Shown here: piece by piece, positions 1 through 11,203 of the stretch
Numbering within the stretch: the stretch's first letter is position 1
How the letters are laid out: each line of letters begins with the position of its first letter
Assembly: GCA_004764695.1 (NCBI GenBank)
Contig: SMSO01000014.1
Coordinates: forward strand, 4,784,845 to 4,848,844
Length of the DNA stretch: 64,000 bases
Reading direction: 5' to 3'
Source of the DNA: Schizochytrium sp. TIO01
Lineage: Eukaryota; Protista; Bigyra: Labyrinthulomycetes
Notes under the pieces: generated by a model
Database searches by the model: none
What the model saw: only the letters and a program-made list of their open reading frames with translations
Told to the model about the DNA's origin: nothing
Position numbers and translations under genes: made by a program

Positions 1-1553
1 GTATTTGACTACTGCTGATAAGCTAGCTCATGGGATTTATTTGCCACTGCTTGTGTAGAGAGTGACCATTTTTATGTAGCGGTAGGGAGTATCTATTCGA
101 TTGTCAAATCTTTGAAATAGAAGAATAAGAAGAAGTGTCGTCAAGCATACATGACGCAATGCCGTCATGTAAACTAAATATGAAAGGCTGTCTCACGAGT
201 GAAAGTGTTTTGTGAAGGACAGGAATCACTATTAAAAAATAGTACGCTTGTGCCCCTGCACGCGCGGGCTTTTGTTTGGCATTGTAGATCGAGTGTTATA
301 CCATGAGAATCCTGGTGGTCATGTAAAACTACTCACGGCGTTCTAAACTTACTTTTCTATAACAAATGATAGACTTTGGCCCATGGAATCTACTCAGAAA
401 TATGTTGAGGTCTTTATCATGTTCAAGTAAATTCGTAGAAAGATCGATGAAGTAAATAGATTATGCAAAGATCAACAGATACTCTGAAGATCCCGCTTTT
501 ATGAAGATGAGGAGGCCGCATCAAGTGTCTCCGAAAGCAGAAATGAAATTGTTTCTTTCAAGTTTGTAGTCTGTTATTACTATCCTGCGACCGTGTATTC
601 TATGACTGCATTCCTCATAAACAGAAACCTGCATATAGTATGTGGCACACACTGCAAAGTTATTTACATATAAGGGGTCTACTAACCCAAAGTACTTTCT
701 TAGCCTTTTATCAAATGGGTCCAAGACTACTGATGAAGGAGTGCATGTTTTAAGTATGATCCATACACAATTAAAGTCCTAGTACAATGCGCTTCATGAT
801 AAGAAGGTTTTCATGCTCATCCCTCCCTCTATAGATAGATAGCACAAAGGAGTCAAACGCGACTTTGGGCACGAATCCTCTTTGACATCTAATGTGTGCT
901 ACATAGGCCAAGCTTCCTCTTTGAACAGACTCGCACTCTCCCCACAAGTATGATATCCTGCAGCTTGCATCATCTAAAATGAGCTGTGCTGGCTTAGTTT
1001 TCATCTTAACCTGCCATCTGCATGACCTACCTAGCTAGCCTCATCCAATGTCAACTTAGAGTGATCTTATCTCATGGGTTTACCTCTAGATTTTTATTGA
1101 AGAATGAATACCAGAGAGAATAAAAATCATCCCGGACTTTTGCTTTCGCCTTTTACATGGACGCAGAAGCCAAACTACATGAAAGAAGCTTCGGCACTAG
1201 ACCACAAAGACCTTTAACGTGGGCATCACGTATCGTCCACATTGAGCTCCTGCGCCTTGTCCGCACTTAGGAGACGTGACCTGCGTTGTTTTGCGCAAGC
1301 TCTAGCTCAGTTTTCGTTGAAGAAGTCGAGAACAATACAGTTCTTAGTAGCAACACCTCCGACGCCGAACTGGAGAAACTATGGGCCTAGCTCAGGCTAG
1401 ATGACTGCTACTCAGAGAACGTGCGATGAATGAATAGACCCCTTTATAGCCCACTTAAGATTGTGCTGCAATGTAATGTAATAGGTGCGAAAGCAAATCA
1501 GCAACCAGTAGTTGACGAGAACTTAGCTCCTCGCGTCCCCAAAGTCAAGCAAC

Positions 1554-2018
1554 ATGTCTGACGCCGCCCCCGCCACTGACGACAAGCCAAAGCCGGTAAG
1601 TTTTTAGAGATATGATCAAGTGGGCCAGCCACAATACCCTTGAGAAGATGCCATGGACGCAGTTGGCATGATGACGATGGTCTCGGAGAAACTAAAGGAG
1701 TGCCGCGAAACCACTTTGGGTTCCGCGTTCCACGATTATGATCGAGTCATGGGGCATGATTGAGACTGCAAAGGCCCTAGAGTATGAATGAGAAGACTAA
1801 TTGTGATAAGTTGCGCTTCGAACGATATTTACTTCTGTTGTTGGTTATTCATGTATATTAATTAGGTTCTCGGCAAGTCTGGCAAGAAGATCTGCTGCTC
1901 CTGCCCTGAGACTCGTAAGGTCCGCGACAACTGCGTTGTCATCAACGGCGAGAGTGAGTGCAAGGAGGCTATTGAGGCCCACAACGCCTGCCTCCGTGCT
2001 GAGGGCTTCAAGGTGTAA
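1554..2018 (+). CDS. COX17: Mitochondrial copper chaperone COX17, 2 exons (1554-1595, 1866-2018), 64 aa
   Basis: Missed by the ORF track. Exon 1 MSDAAPATDDKPKP is followed by a GTAAG donor at 1596. After the TTAG acceptor ending at 1865, exon 2 reads VLGKSGKKICCSCPETRKVRDNCVVINGESECKEAIEAHNACLRAEGFKV*. It has the CCxC Cu-binding motif, twin CX9C and the typical GF[K]V end. Phase-0 join. Confidence 0.95.
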
Positions 2019-2706
2019 GCAATAAAGAGAACAAGAATAGCATTCATTCATCTGGTCAGTTTTTCTCTGTTTTGTTTTTTATCTTCTACTCTTACTTCAA
2101 CCACTTTTTCGAATTACGGCTCGTTCTACACACAAAAAAGTCCATATTTCCCATTCCATGACTTTGCGGCCCCATGCAACCTTGGCAACTGGAAAGGCAA
2201 AATGTTTTGCTTTGCAGCAGAACTCTCGCCTCTTAATCGCCATTTGCTTCAAAGATGCACCCGGACGCTAGTCACTTTATCCCTTTGATGAGTGTTCGTG
2301 TACATCTCCTTTCTTCATTTACTTACTCTTCTGTTTCTAGACTGCGTTTTTCTTGGCATGCACCACGTAAACTTCTCGATCTAAACATGGATACGTTGAT
2401 CTCTTATAGAATGAATACGTTTGACGGCATCGAGTAACGTCAAAGTGAGCCCCTAAAACGTCAAAGTCCATCATTTCTTCAAAGTTGAATCTGCGAGAAG
2501 ACCGACTGATCAGCACTAGCATCTTACATCATACAAAGGCATTTTCTATTTTCACTTTTGAATTTTTGTTTATTCTAATAAATTTGTTGTTGAGGCAACT
2601 GCTAGTTTGAGTCAAGCATAATCTTATTTCATGCTACACAAATTGGTGCGGAAATAAACAGCTTGCGTTTTCCCACGTCGCTATCTCTCTATAATCAACA
2701 TCTAGT

Positions 2707-4611
2707 TTAAAGCTCGTCACGATCTAGGAAAATCTCTTCATCATTGTCATCTTCGTCGTCAAAGTCTTCATCCTCCTCTTCATCTTGATCTTCATCCTCG
2801 TCGTCTTGGGTATCCGCATCCCCATCATCATCATCATTTCCATCGCCCTCCTCGTCGCCATTATATGAGATTGAACTATCTTGGTCGTTTCTGTCACTGT
2901 CATCATCAAACTCAGAATCTTCCTCGTCTTCCTCTACCACTGCCGTGGCACCAAAAGCTTTTGCTTCTTCTTCCATTTGCTGACGGCGACGACGTTCCCA
3001 GTCCCGATCAGAAACGCTTGACTTGGACTTCTTCTGGCGCTTGTTGTACTTGGTTGACGAAGTGTAAGGTGTGGGAGAATATGTCCTCGACTTCTTGCTC
3101 ACAATCTTGGAGAGGGACGGACGGTGCTGGTAAGGCAAAAACGTTCCGGAGTTAGAGTCCTGCACGAATTGACGGACCTCTTGCAATAGTCTATCACTAT
3201 CCTTCAGCAGTCGCGGCGGGTGTACTACTAAATATGATCCCTTGGATTTCTTCGACGTGCTCTTCGATTTAGAAGAAGATCGCGAATCCCCGCGTTTGGC
3301 TCTCATGAGTGTTGCGTACTGGAGCTCGGCAAGGTCTGCAGCTGGGGGGTGTGGTGCTACGTCTGATGCACCAAAAACGGCGCGCTCCATCAGAAGGCCA
3401 CGAGCTGCAGCCCAGTCAAGCAGATATCCATCTTGACTTGATTCACTGTGGAAGAGAAACACAAGTTTGGATTGCTGCTTTTCTTCCAGATTCATACGTC
3501 TGGCAAGAGCTTGGCTTTGCACGGCACCCTTTCGAAATGCAAGCATTCGGTCCGAGGCGGTCTCCGCTTGGCCTATTTCTTTCATTCCCAAAGAAAGAGC
3601 AATGCCACTAGAAAATCTATCTGTGTCAGCCACCTTGTGTGGGCTTCGCAGCGCCTCTGCCTCTGCTTCCTTTGCTGCTTCCGCCTCTGCATCGCGGGGT
3701 GGGGCAAATTCCGGCGATCCACTGTATATGAATTCGCTTCTACGCACCAAAACAAGAGACTCGTCAGCCAGTTGCGAAGCACTAAAATCACCACCAAACG
3801 TAAGAGCAAACTCTTTGGTATCTAAAGTAAAAACCCGCATGAACCTGTGCTTCTTGGCAATTGCTGAGAGTAAAGCCACCTTGTTCGAGGCCAGGCGCTC
3901 CGAGCCACCTTCCTTGAGCATAATTGCACACGTTTGATACTTCAAGTCCAGGCATTCTTTAGCCAGAGCACTGTTACTCTTGAGCGGATAAAGCTTAACC
4001 TTCTCCGATCGATCGAGGCCTTTAGCAAGTTTCCCGGCGTCTAGTTGTACGAGATTCTTTTGATTTGGTTGATTTGAGTTTTGGCTCTGTTTCTTGGTAG
4101 ACCCTGTAGCCGAGCTTGTGTAGTATTTTGCTGGGAGCTGCTTCGCTGGACGCCCATGAGCTGTCCACATAAGAACTGGAATTCCGTTGCCTTCACGACG
4201 TAACTTTGCGAATTTCTGCAATGAGTTTCCACTGGCCCCAAATTTTTCGCCACACGGGGCACGAACAACTTGGACCTGGGATTTCTTTGCCTCAAGCTCT
4301 CGTCGCAGGGACTCTGCAAATGCCTGAGCTCGATTCTCAGCATCCTCGATTTTCTCTCTACAAATTGTCACGAATGGCTCGCCTCCGAACAGTATACGCC
4401 TCAACAGACCTCCATCGCGACCAGGAGATAGCTCGTGGACTTCACTTTCACTGTTCTTTGTATTTCTGGTGCTCCTAAGATTGTCAGATGAAGTCGACGA
4501 TGCGCAGGACACTTCGCGAAAAGACACAACCGCAAGTACTGCAAGCGTTGCTAAAGACACCAAAAGTCTGAAGGGTCGCGCAGAGCGTCTGAGGCGTCTT
4601 CGAGATGCCAT
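2707..4611 (-). CDS. ER-lumen protein of unknown function with a very acidic tail and C-terminal RDEL
   Basis: Long ORF (the track starts at a GTG at 4737). The ATG at 4611 gives MASRRRLRRSARPFRLLVSLATLAVLAVVSF, a basic n-region plus hydrophobic core. It has a ~70-residue D/E-rich tail and ends IFLDRDEL, a KDEL-type retention signal. Confidence 0.8.
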   Translation of the reverse strand: MASRRRLRRSARPFRLLVSLATLAVLAVVSFREVSCASSTSSDNLRSTRNTKNSESEVHELSPGRDGGLLRRILFGGEPFVTICREKIEDAENRAQAFAESLRRELEAKKSQVQVVRAPCGEKFGASGNSLQKFAKLRREGNGIPVLMWTAHGRPAKQLPAKYYTSSATGSTKKQSQNSNQPNQKNLVQLDAGKLAKGLDRSEKVKLYPLKSNSALAKECLDLKYQTCAIMLKEGGSERLASNKVALLSAIAKKHRFMRVFTLDTKEFALTFGGDFSASQLADESLVLVRRSEFIYSGSPEFAPPRDAEAEAAKEAEAEALRSPHKVADTDRFSSGIALSLGMKEIGQAETASDRMLAFRKGAVQSQALARRMNLEEKQQSKLVFLFHSESSQDGYLLDWAAARGLLMERAVFGASDVAPHPPAADLAELQYATLMRAKRGDSRSSSKSKSTSKKSKGSYLVVHPPRLLKDSDRLLQEVRQFVQDSNSGTFLPYQHRPSLSKIVSKKSRTYSPTPYTSSTKYNKRQKKSKSSVSDRDWERRRRQQMEEEAKAFGATAVVEEDEEDSEFDDDSDRNDQDSSISYNGDEEGDGNDDDDGDADTQDDEDEDQDEEEDEDFDDEDDNDEEIFLDRDEL

Positions 4612-5678
4612 GATGCCTAAATTTTGTGCAAAGTTGCGAGTTTGCCGTAGAGGACAGGTTGTCAACAACGTTAAACGCCATGGCAACATTTTTTTTTCCT
4701 CCAAATTCAATCGCAGAAAGAGACATAATGTGCACACTAGAATAAGCCAATGCTCATAATAACACTCTCCCTCTCACTCATTCTGTGGAAGAAGTCGAGA
4801 ATGTTAGCGGGATCACGTCTGTGGCAGACAGAGGAAAACCATGGCTTTGGGTCGCTTAAGCATGACTTAAGTTCGCAAAATGCACACTTAATGATGATAC
4901 GAAGCATTCTATGGCAACCTTTATATTTTTATTTTTTTCTACTTCCTTCCGAGCAAAGCCTCGAGTACGAAGTAAAGCTTTCATTTGCACAGCGACGATT
5001 TCCTAACAACTCTTGTTGCACTTGTATGAACTCAAAACGTACATAGGATGATCGAAAAGGTAGCATCACCGTTCTCTACTTTAGAGTATGTTTCTTGGGA
5101 TGCTGGAAATAAAAACAAAAGTAACATCAGTAAGGGCGCGTTGCCAAAGATCAAAGTGGTGAACAAGAGAAAACAAGAGAAAACAAGAGACTCAAAGCAA
5201 AGAATAGGGGTGTCTCATATGCTAATTTTCAAGATATTTAGTATTGTCATGAAACTTCAAGAGTGATAATGCTTCACATCAATTTTTAGCGTCAAGATTC
5301 AGGTAAAGCAAGCACCATAGGACTTTAAATATAGAGAAAATGTTATATGCACAAGGTTCATTTCTTGCTAAGGATTGAAGTCAACTTAAAATCAAAAGCT
5401 CGACATGCGGTGGAGGATCTTATGAATTCCTCTTAGCAAAACGATAGATATCCACCTCTACTCAAATTGTCAGAGTCCGATTTATTTTAAAATATATTAG
5501 ATAGATTAATGATATACGTAAAGTCTCCATTTGGAATATCATCTTTGCAAGCCATGCGATAGAACACCCTTCGAAGTCATCATCACTCATCCTCACCTTG
5601 CTTAAGCAGGACTGTCTGATGCCAAGTTTACCATCACAGTAGCATCGTTCTGACATAATTTCTAACTATAAGCCCAGT

Positions 5679-6434
5679 CTATTCTTGCTTTTCCGCCTCA
5701 GGTGCAACATATTTCTGCCACTGGCGCTCCGTGTGGCCCTGTTTCATAGCCATGTATCGTGCGGTGACAAAGAGGTAGTCGCTGAGGCGGTTCAAAAATT
5801 TGCCGACCTCCGGGTCGACCTGGCCAGAGCGCACAAGAGGCACAACGCGACGTTCCGCGCGCCTGGCGAGGGTTCTTGCAACATGAAGGTGTGCCGAGCA
5901 GTGGCCTCCAGAAGGCAAAATGAAGTTCCGGAGCGGAGGCAACTCAGCGTCCATGGCATCGATGGCATTCTCGAGAGCTACGACATGGACATCCGCGAAG
6001 GAGGAGCGTTTAATCTTAGCCTGTGAAGACTTATCCTGAGGGGTGGCGACGCTGGCGCCAACATCAAACATGCGGGACATAATCTCACCCAGCTGGTCCG
6101 CGATCTTGGAGTTTTCGGCGTCAACAAACTCACAGGCGAGACCGATGAAGGCATTGCACTCATCAACAGCACCAAGGGCCTCAAAGACATCGTCATCTTT
6201 GTTGCGGCGCTCGCCGTTGAAGAGCTGCGAAGTGCCCTTGTCGCCGGTTTTGGTATAAACCTTCATGCCGCGAAGACCTTGGTAACAGGGGGCTTCGATG
6301 CGATCCTGACCGATGAAGAAGACCTTTGAGAGCGGCGCGGAAGAAGACACAAGGGGACCACCAACTACGCGGGGAGAGAGTCTGCGAGCGAGGAGTCCGC
6401 CACGAGCCAAAAAGTTTGCGGCAGCGAGAGACAT
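5679..6434 (-). CDS. MMAB: ATP:cob(I)alamin adenosyltransferase, PduO/MMAB type, with mitochondrial presequence
   Basis: Signature KVYTKTGDKGTSQLFNGERRNKDD, ALGAVDECN, FILPSG, HVARTLARRAERR and FLNRLSDYLF. The N-terminus is Arg/Ala/Leu/Ser-rich and acid-free. Confidence 0.95.
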   Translation of the reverse strand: MSLAAANFLARGGLLARRLSPRVVGGPLVSSSAPLSKVFFIGQDRIEAPCYQGLRGMKVYTKTGDKGTSQLFNGERRNKDDDVFEALGAVDECNAFIGLACEFVDAENSKIADQLGEIMSRMFDVGASVATPQDKSSQAKIKRSSFADVHVVALENAIDAMDAELPPLRNFILPSGGHCSAHLHVARTLARRAERRVVPLVRSGQVDPEVGKFLNRLSDYLFVTARYMAMKQGHTERQWQKYVAPEAEKQE

Positions 6435-7063
6435 TAAGCTCGTTGGAGTTTTGCTTTAAAGCTGACTTTGCTTTGTTTTGCTTTTTGCTCTGGGTTTGAT
6501 GTTTTTATCCAATTCTTAGTTCGCAACTTTTACCATTAACAGCTTCTACTCACGAACTGAGCTCTCCTGATGGCCAAATAAGACCTTTCAAACCTACAAG
6601 CTTTCAGCTTCTCGTTGGTGTCGTTCTTTACAACACGTGACCGAGCGAGCTGAAGTTGGGCGGCTGACTGATGTAAAGACCGCTTACTCTTAAAAGCTTC
6701 CCTTGGATCGAAGTCCACAACGGCGACGTCACAAAGCCGGAGTGCGCAAGAAACTTAGCGATGATTGAGGTTTGTTTGCAGCTGCCGGAGAAGCTGGTAT
6801 GCCGTGCAGAATGCCATTCAGAACAAGATGTCGTATTCGCGATCTTATTCGTGATCGTAATTGTATAATCCCATCTGGGGCCGCGAAGATTGCAATAGTC
6901 GTACTCGTAGTAGTGGTTGGTAGGAAGCTACCTTTTCTTTAGAGCAATAGTAGTATCCTCTGTGAGCGGAATTGCAAAATTTCCGGGTATTCGTAAGTTC
7001 GCGCTTCATATTATTGTGGCTTTGCTCCTCTGCTCGCTCTGCAAATTAATCAATCAATTAGTT

Positions 7064-7111
<48 letters not shown>
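7064..7111. repeat. (AATC)12 microsatellite
   Basis: Directly visible perfect tetranucleotide run. Confidence 0.95.
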
Positions 7112-7112
<1 letters not shown>

Positions 7113-9499
7113 GCTAATTTGCCGGCCAACCCATCAGGTCCCTTTGCGACGAAGCAGGGCACTGCCTCCTCAAGATGGATGGATGGATGTCCGTGTGGCC
7201 TCTAGCTCCAATCGTTTTAGTTTGCCATTGGAGCAGATTTCGATTTTGGGACCCTTTTTGATTGACTATTATGATATGATTCCTCTTTTCTTTTTCTTTC
7301 TTTTAGTTTCGCTCTCATTTCCACTTAGAACTTCGCAATGAATGAATGAATTAAGTAAGTACTTTAATGCGCATTACTTTTTGGGCCTCGATTTCGTGGG
7401 ACTCCTCGACTGCCGAGGCCTGGAGCGCGAAGGAAGAGCCTGGCTACGACGACATGGAGACAGAAACTGACAGCAGCTTCACGGATCGGGTGGCGGAAGG
7501 AGCCGCTGTCCCGTACTTCGTTCTTGAAGACGAGATCCCGGGTCCAGTGGAATAAATGGTGGATTCAGGGAGAATCGGCGAACCTGTAAGAAGCAAATGC
7601 GAATGAAGATGAGGGACTCGCGTGAATTACAATGCAGCAGCCACGAATCGATTGATTGTGAAATGAAGAAGCATGCGACTCGAGGAATCGTGCACTCGAA
7701 GAGAGGAGAAGCTAAGAACTCTGCTTACGGAGGGAAGAGATCTAGCGAAAGCCCAAACTCCGTGCATTTCATTGCGTTATTTGGTGAAGATGCTCGTTCG
7801 TGAAGAGGGAGTGCGGGAAAGAAGTCTCCGAGCTATGGTGGCGCAGCCAAAGAGCACATGGAAGCGGCCCCTGTCACGAAAGGTACAAGGTTGCTCAATG
7901 CAAGGAAGGTTCAGCCATTCTAGCGAAATGCTGTGATGGCTTCATATCGAATAGATGCAAAAAAGGGCTGTATTGGAATAGAGCTACAGTTTATGGGAGT
8001 ATGCATGTAGGCTATAAATGAATGGGGCGATAGCTCACAAATAAAATAGAATAAAGTAAAATAAGAATGTGCAAAGATGACTTGGTGCTTCGGATATGAG
8101 CTTGCATTATAGCCAGCATATGTTTTTGCTTGGGTGAATGTCTTTTGGCAATTAGAAGCTGATATATCGAAAGAATCAACCCAGCAGGATTTCCAAGAAG
8201 TATTCCTCTTTCTATTTTCGTCTATCCCCTCCAAGGGTTTGGTGAAGCTAGCCTGCCGAGACTGCAATCAACTGAAGCCAAACCACGCAATAGAAAACCT
8301 GATTGACTTGCATGCACGTTAGGTTTTTAATCCCACTCCTCAACGCTTTTGCATGAGCCAGTCAACAAGCCCATTCGTAAATTGCAATATACGCGCTGCC
8401 ACTGGCACAGCGACATGGCCTTTGTCACCCGAGCTCCAGGAATCCCAAAGTGCAGAAAGGCTTCCCGCCACCAGAGACAAGTTTAACTTTACCCCGTTTC
8501 CATTGCTGCCTCTGGTATATAAAAACCTCCACAGCCTACCATCGTGAAGATGATTCTCTCCGCTTGGCGCTTCCCAGATGCTGCACTACCACACACGCAC
8601 AGCCCATTCCAATCTCAGATCCTGTCGAGATGAGGCACGTGAATCACTTGCATTTCCAACCTTCGGTACAGAAAACCGTAGCAGGATTACCCCCAAACCC
8701 TCACAGGAGCCAGCTTCTCCAAACAGCCAGCCGCAAAACGGCGCTGGTTTCCCGGCACGCTCTTGATTAAGGATGAGGTTTCGCGCTGCATCCAAATTAA
8801 TCTCGCCTTGAATTGAAGTTCGTGTAATGCAGCAGCTGTACTCTAGAGAACCAGCACTCTACACTCATTTGGCAGTCTCACGCTCTTGTTAATTCCCAAG
8901 CGATTGCTCGATAGCAGTAACAGCAGAGGTAGAAGCACCTAATTGGGCATACTGGTCTTCATTTGTTTGTTTATTCATGAAAGAGTGCGAAGGCGAAGGA
9001 AGCCGCCACATGAACCAAGAAGTCGTCGGAAACCATGTCGCAAAGACCTCCGAGGCATAGCCCTAGTGCTGCTCGCAAGATTGCAGAAATGGTCTCGATC
9101 ACCTCGAGGAGGTGGGGCAGAAAGAGATGAAGACCCAGAGAGACCAGTTGGGTTTAATTCGAGGATAATACGTGGCTCTTTGGAGGTAAAACCGAACGAT
9201 TTGGCCAAAAAGAGAAAAAAAGAAAGAGAAAAGAATAAGGGGTATAATATGAATAATAGTAATGAATAATGATTTTAATTGGAGGATTCAATGAATAATA
9301 TCAATAGTGGTTTCTTCAATCCTCAAAGCGGGCGCGACGCCACTTCGCGCTTGATTCGCTGCAGCCCGAGGGAGGCAACCTGGGGCGTAGTGGTACTTTG
9401 GCCAATTCCTTCTCCTGTGGAGGTTTTCTCGGAGGCTCGTATTTCGTGCGCTCCGAGTCCTTGGAGTAGGCGTCGATCAACAACACAAACCTCATAAAC

Positions 9500-10390
9500 A
9501 TGGAGGGCGGCGTACACGAGGAGCAGCTGCCGCTTGTGCCCAAGGTGCCGAAGAGCGCAGGAAAGGATAAGTCCGGGAAGGACAAGGACAAGAAAAAGAA
9601 GAAGAAGAAGAACGGCCAGCTCAATCTCAACCCAGACGCTTCTCAGACCTCAAGTCAAGACGGTGTCAAGGAAAAGAGTTCTAAACAGAATCAGCGCAGC
9701 GACAAAAAGAAACGTGTGAATGTGGATATCGACCTTGAGAATGAGAAACAGCAGCAGAGGGAGCAACTTCAAAGGTTCAGGCCTCACGAGATGCTGATTG
9801 ACCACGTGCAACCTGTGTCAAGGTTCCTGTGCTGTCCCGTAAGAACTGCAGTGCAGTGGGCAGCTTACCTCTTCGCTTGCGTGTGCTGCCCGTTGACATT
9901 TTGCTGCGAAGTTGCGATCATTTCCTTTTTGCAGTGCTGCTGCGACCCTTCACTTGAGACTATGGAGACTATTTTGGGAAGGCCTCTGTGGGAACTGGTG
10001 CTTGCGAGGGCAGACAAGATGAATGCGAATGTGCACGAGGTATGCGTTTCCATTTTCAGCAGGCCAGACTTTGACGAGGCAGCAATGCGACTCTTTTACG
10101 AGGTTGATCGCGACCAAAGCGGGCACGTTGATGCCGACGAGCTTGACCAGCTTATCGAGCGGATTCCAGCGAATGTTGCACTCACAAAACGTGATGTCGC
10201 GGACATATCGTCTATATATAAGGATTATACTGGAGCCAAAACTAAACTTACGCCACGAGACTGGCCCATCTTTATCAGAGCTGTGCTAGCACTCATCGTT
10301 GCAAATGGAGTTTTGATCCACCGCATGGACAAGTCTGAAATCATCATCATTGGCTTTGCAGGAGACGACGACGAACTTCTGTTGGCCTAG
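9500..10390 (+). CDS. EF-hand protein with Lys-rich N-terminus and Cys-rich hydrophobic segment
   Basis: 296-aa ORF with a good start context (AAACATGG). Canonical EF loop DRDQSGHVDADE, poly-Lys tract, and clustered CC/CCC motifs (FLCCP, CVCCP, FCCE, QCCCD). Confidence 0.8.
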   Translation: MEGGVHEEQLPLVPKVPKSAGKDKSGKDKDKKKKKKKNGQLNLNPDASQTSSQDGVKEKSSKQNQRSDKKKRVNVDIDLENEKQQQREQLQRFRPHEMLIDHVQPVSRFLCCPVRTAVQWAAYLFACVCCPLTFCCEVAIISFLQCCCDPSLETMETILGRPLWELVLARADKMNANVHEVCVSIFSRPDFDEAAMRLFYEVDRDQSGHVDADELDQLIERIPANVALTKRDVADISSIYKDYTGAKTKLTPRDWPIFIRAVLALIVANGVLIHRMDKSEIIIIGFAGDDDELLLA

Positions 10391-11203
10391 AGTATTGCAA
10401 GTCACTCGTTAACCCGCACAACCTTGCACCAGGCGACTGCAGCCTTTTTCTTTACTGAGCCACACACACATTTAAACAGTTTGCTCGCTGCTATCATATC
10501 ATCTCTCTTTCGTTCCAACTTCTCTCTGTGACCAATGTTTATCCGGGTGCAAATGCCACCCCGATCTTCGAACCGGGTGATGCCGCCAAACCATCAATGT
10601 AGAATTTCGTTGGCGCTCTTGCTTGCATTGTCTCAACGCAACAGCACCGCTCGCGAAACCAAACCATCGAATTACAATTGACCGTACTTACCACACTTAC
10701 AAATATAAGAAAAAATAAAAAAGAGAAAAGGACTCATGCTCTAAGCATGTTGCTGTATCTCCTGCATAAACACGATCTTGCACCCCCACCCTCCTCCACT
10801 TCTTCATAATTTTCAGTTCTAGACTGCCTTGTTAGGATGAGATTTATTTGTTAGTCTCCATAGTAGGTGCTGGAGTTCTTCTGCCGCCAGAGTTTTTGGT
10901 TTTTTTTTAGCAAAGATAATGATAAGGATCAACGTAAATCATAGCGCATGTTTTGTAAACCCTTCAGTTAAAACCTTATTTTGCACTCTAGTCTAGAAAC
11001 AAACGGCTAACTATATTCACATTTTACTAGGATTGCTTGAATAATCTAGCCTGATCTACATGCTTCTATAGATAATGTCCCACGCATGTGAAATGTGAAA
11101 ATTTGACTTGTGTTGTATAGTAAAGTGTAGCAATTGCTATTAGTACTTTCTTTGAATCAATTCCTATTTATCGTGGAGTTCATGCTGACCCAGAGAGAGA
11201 GCC

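Noticed and set aside
400-1100. Decayed coding-like sequence with CYIGQA (about 897-914), reminiscent of a GIY-YIG nuclease
   Set aside because: A single short motif amid many stops, with no upstream GIY or downstream Arg/Glu motifs confidently found.
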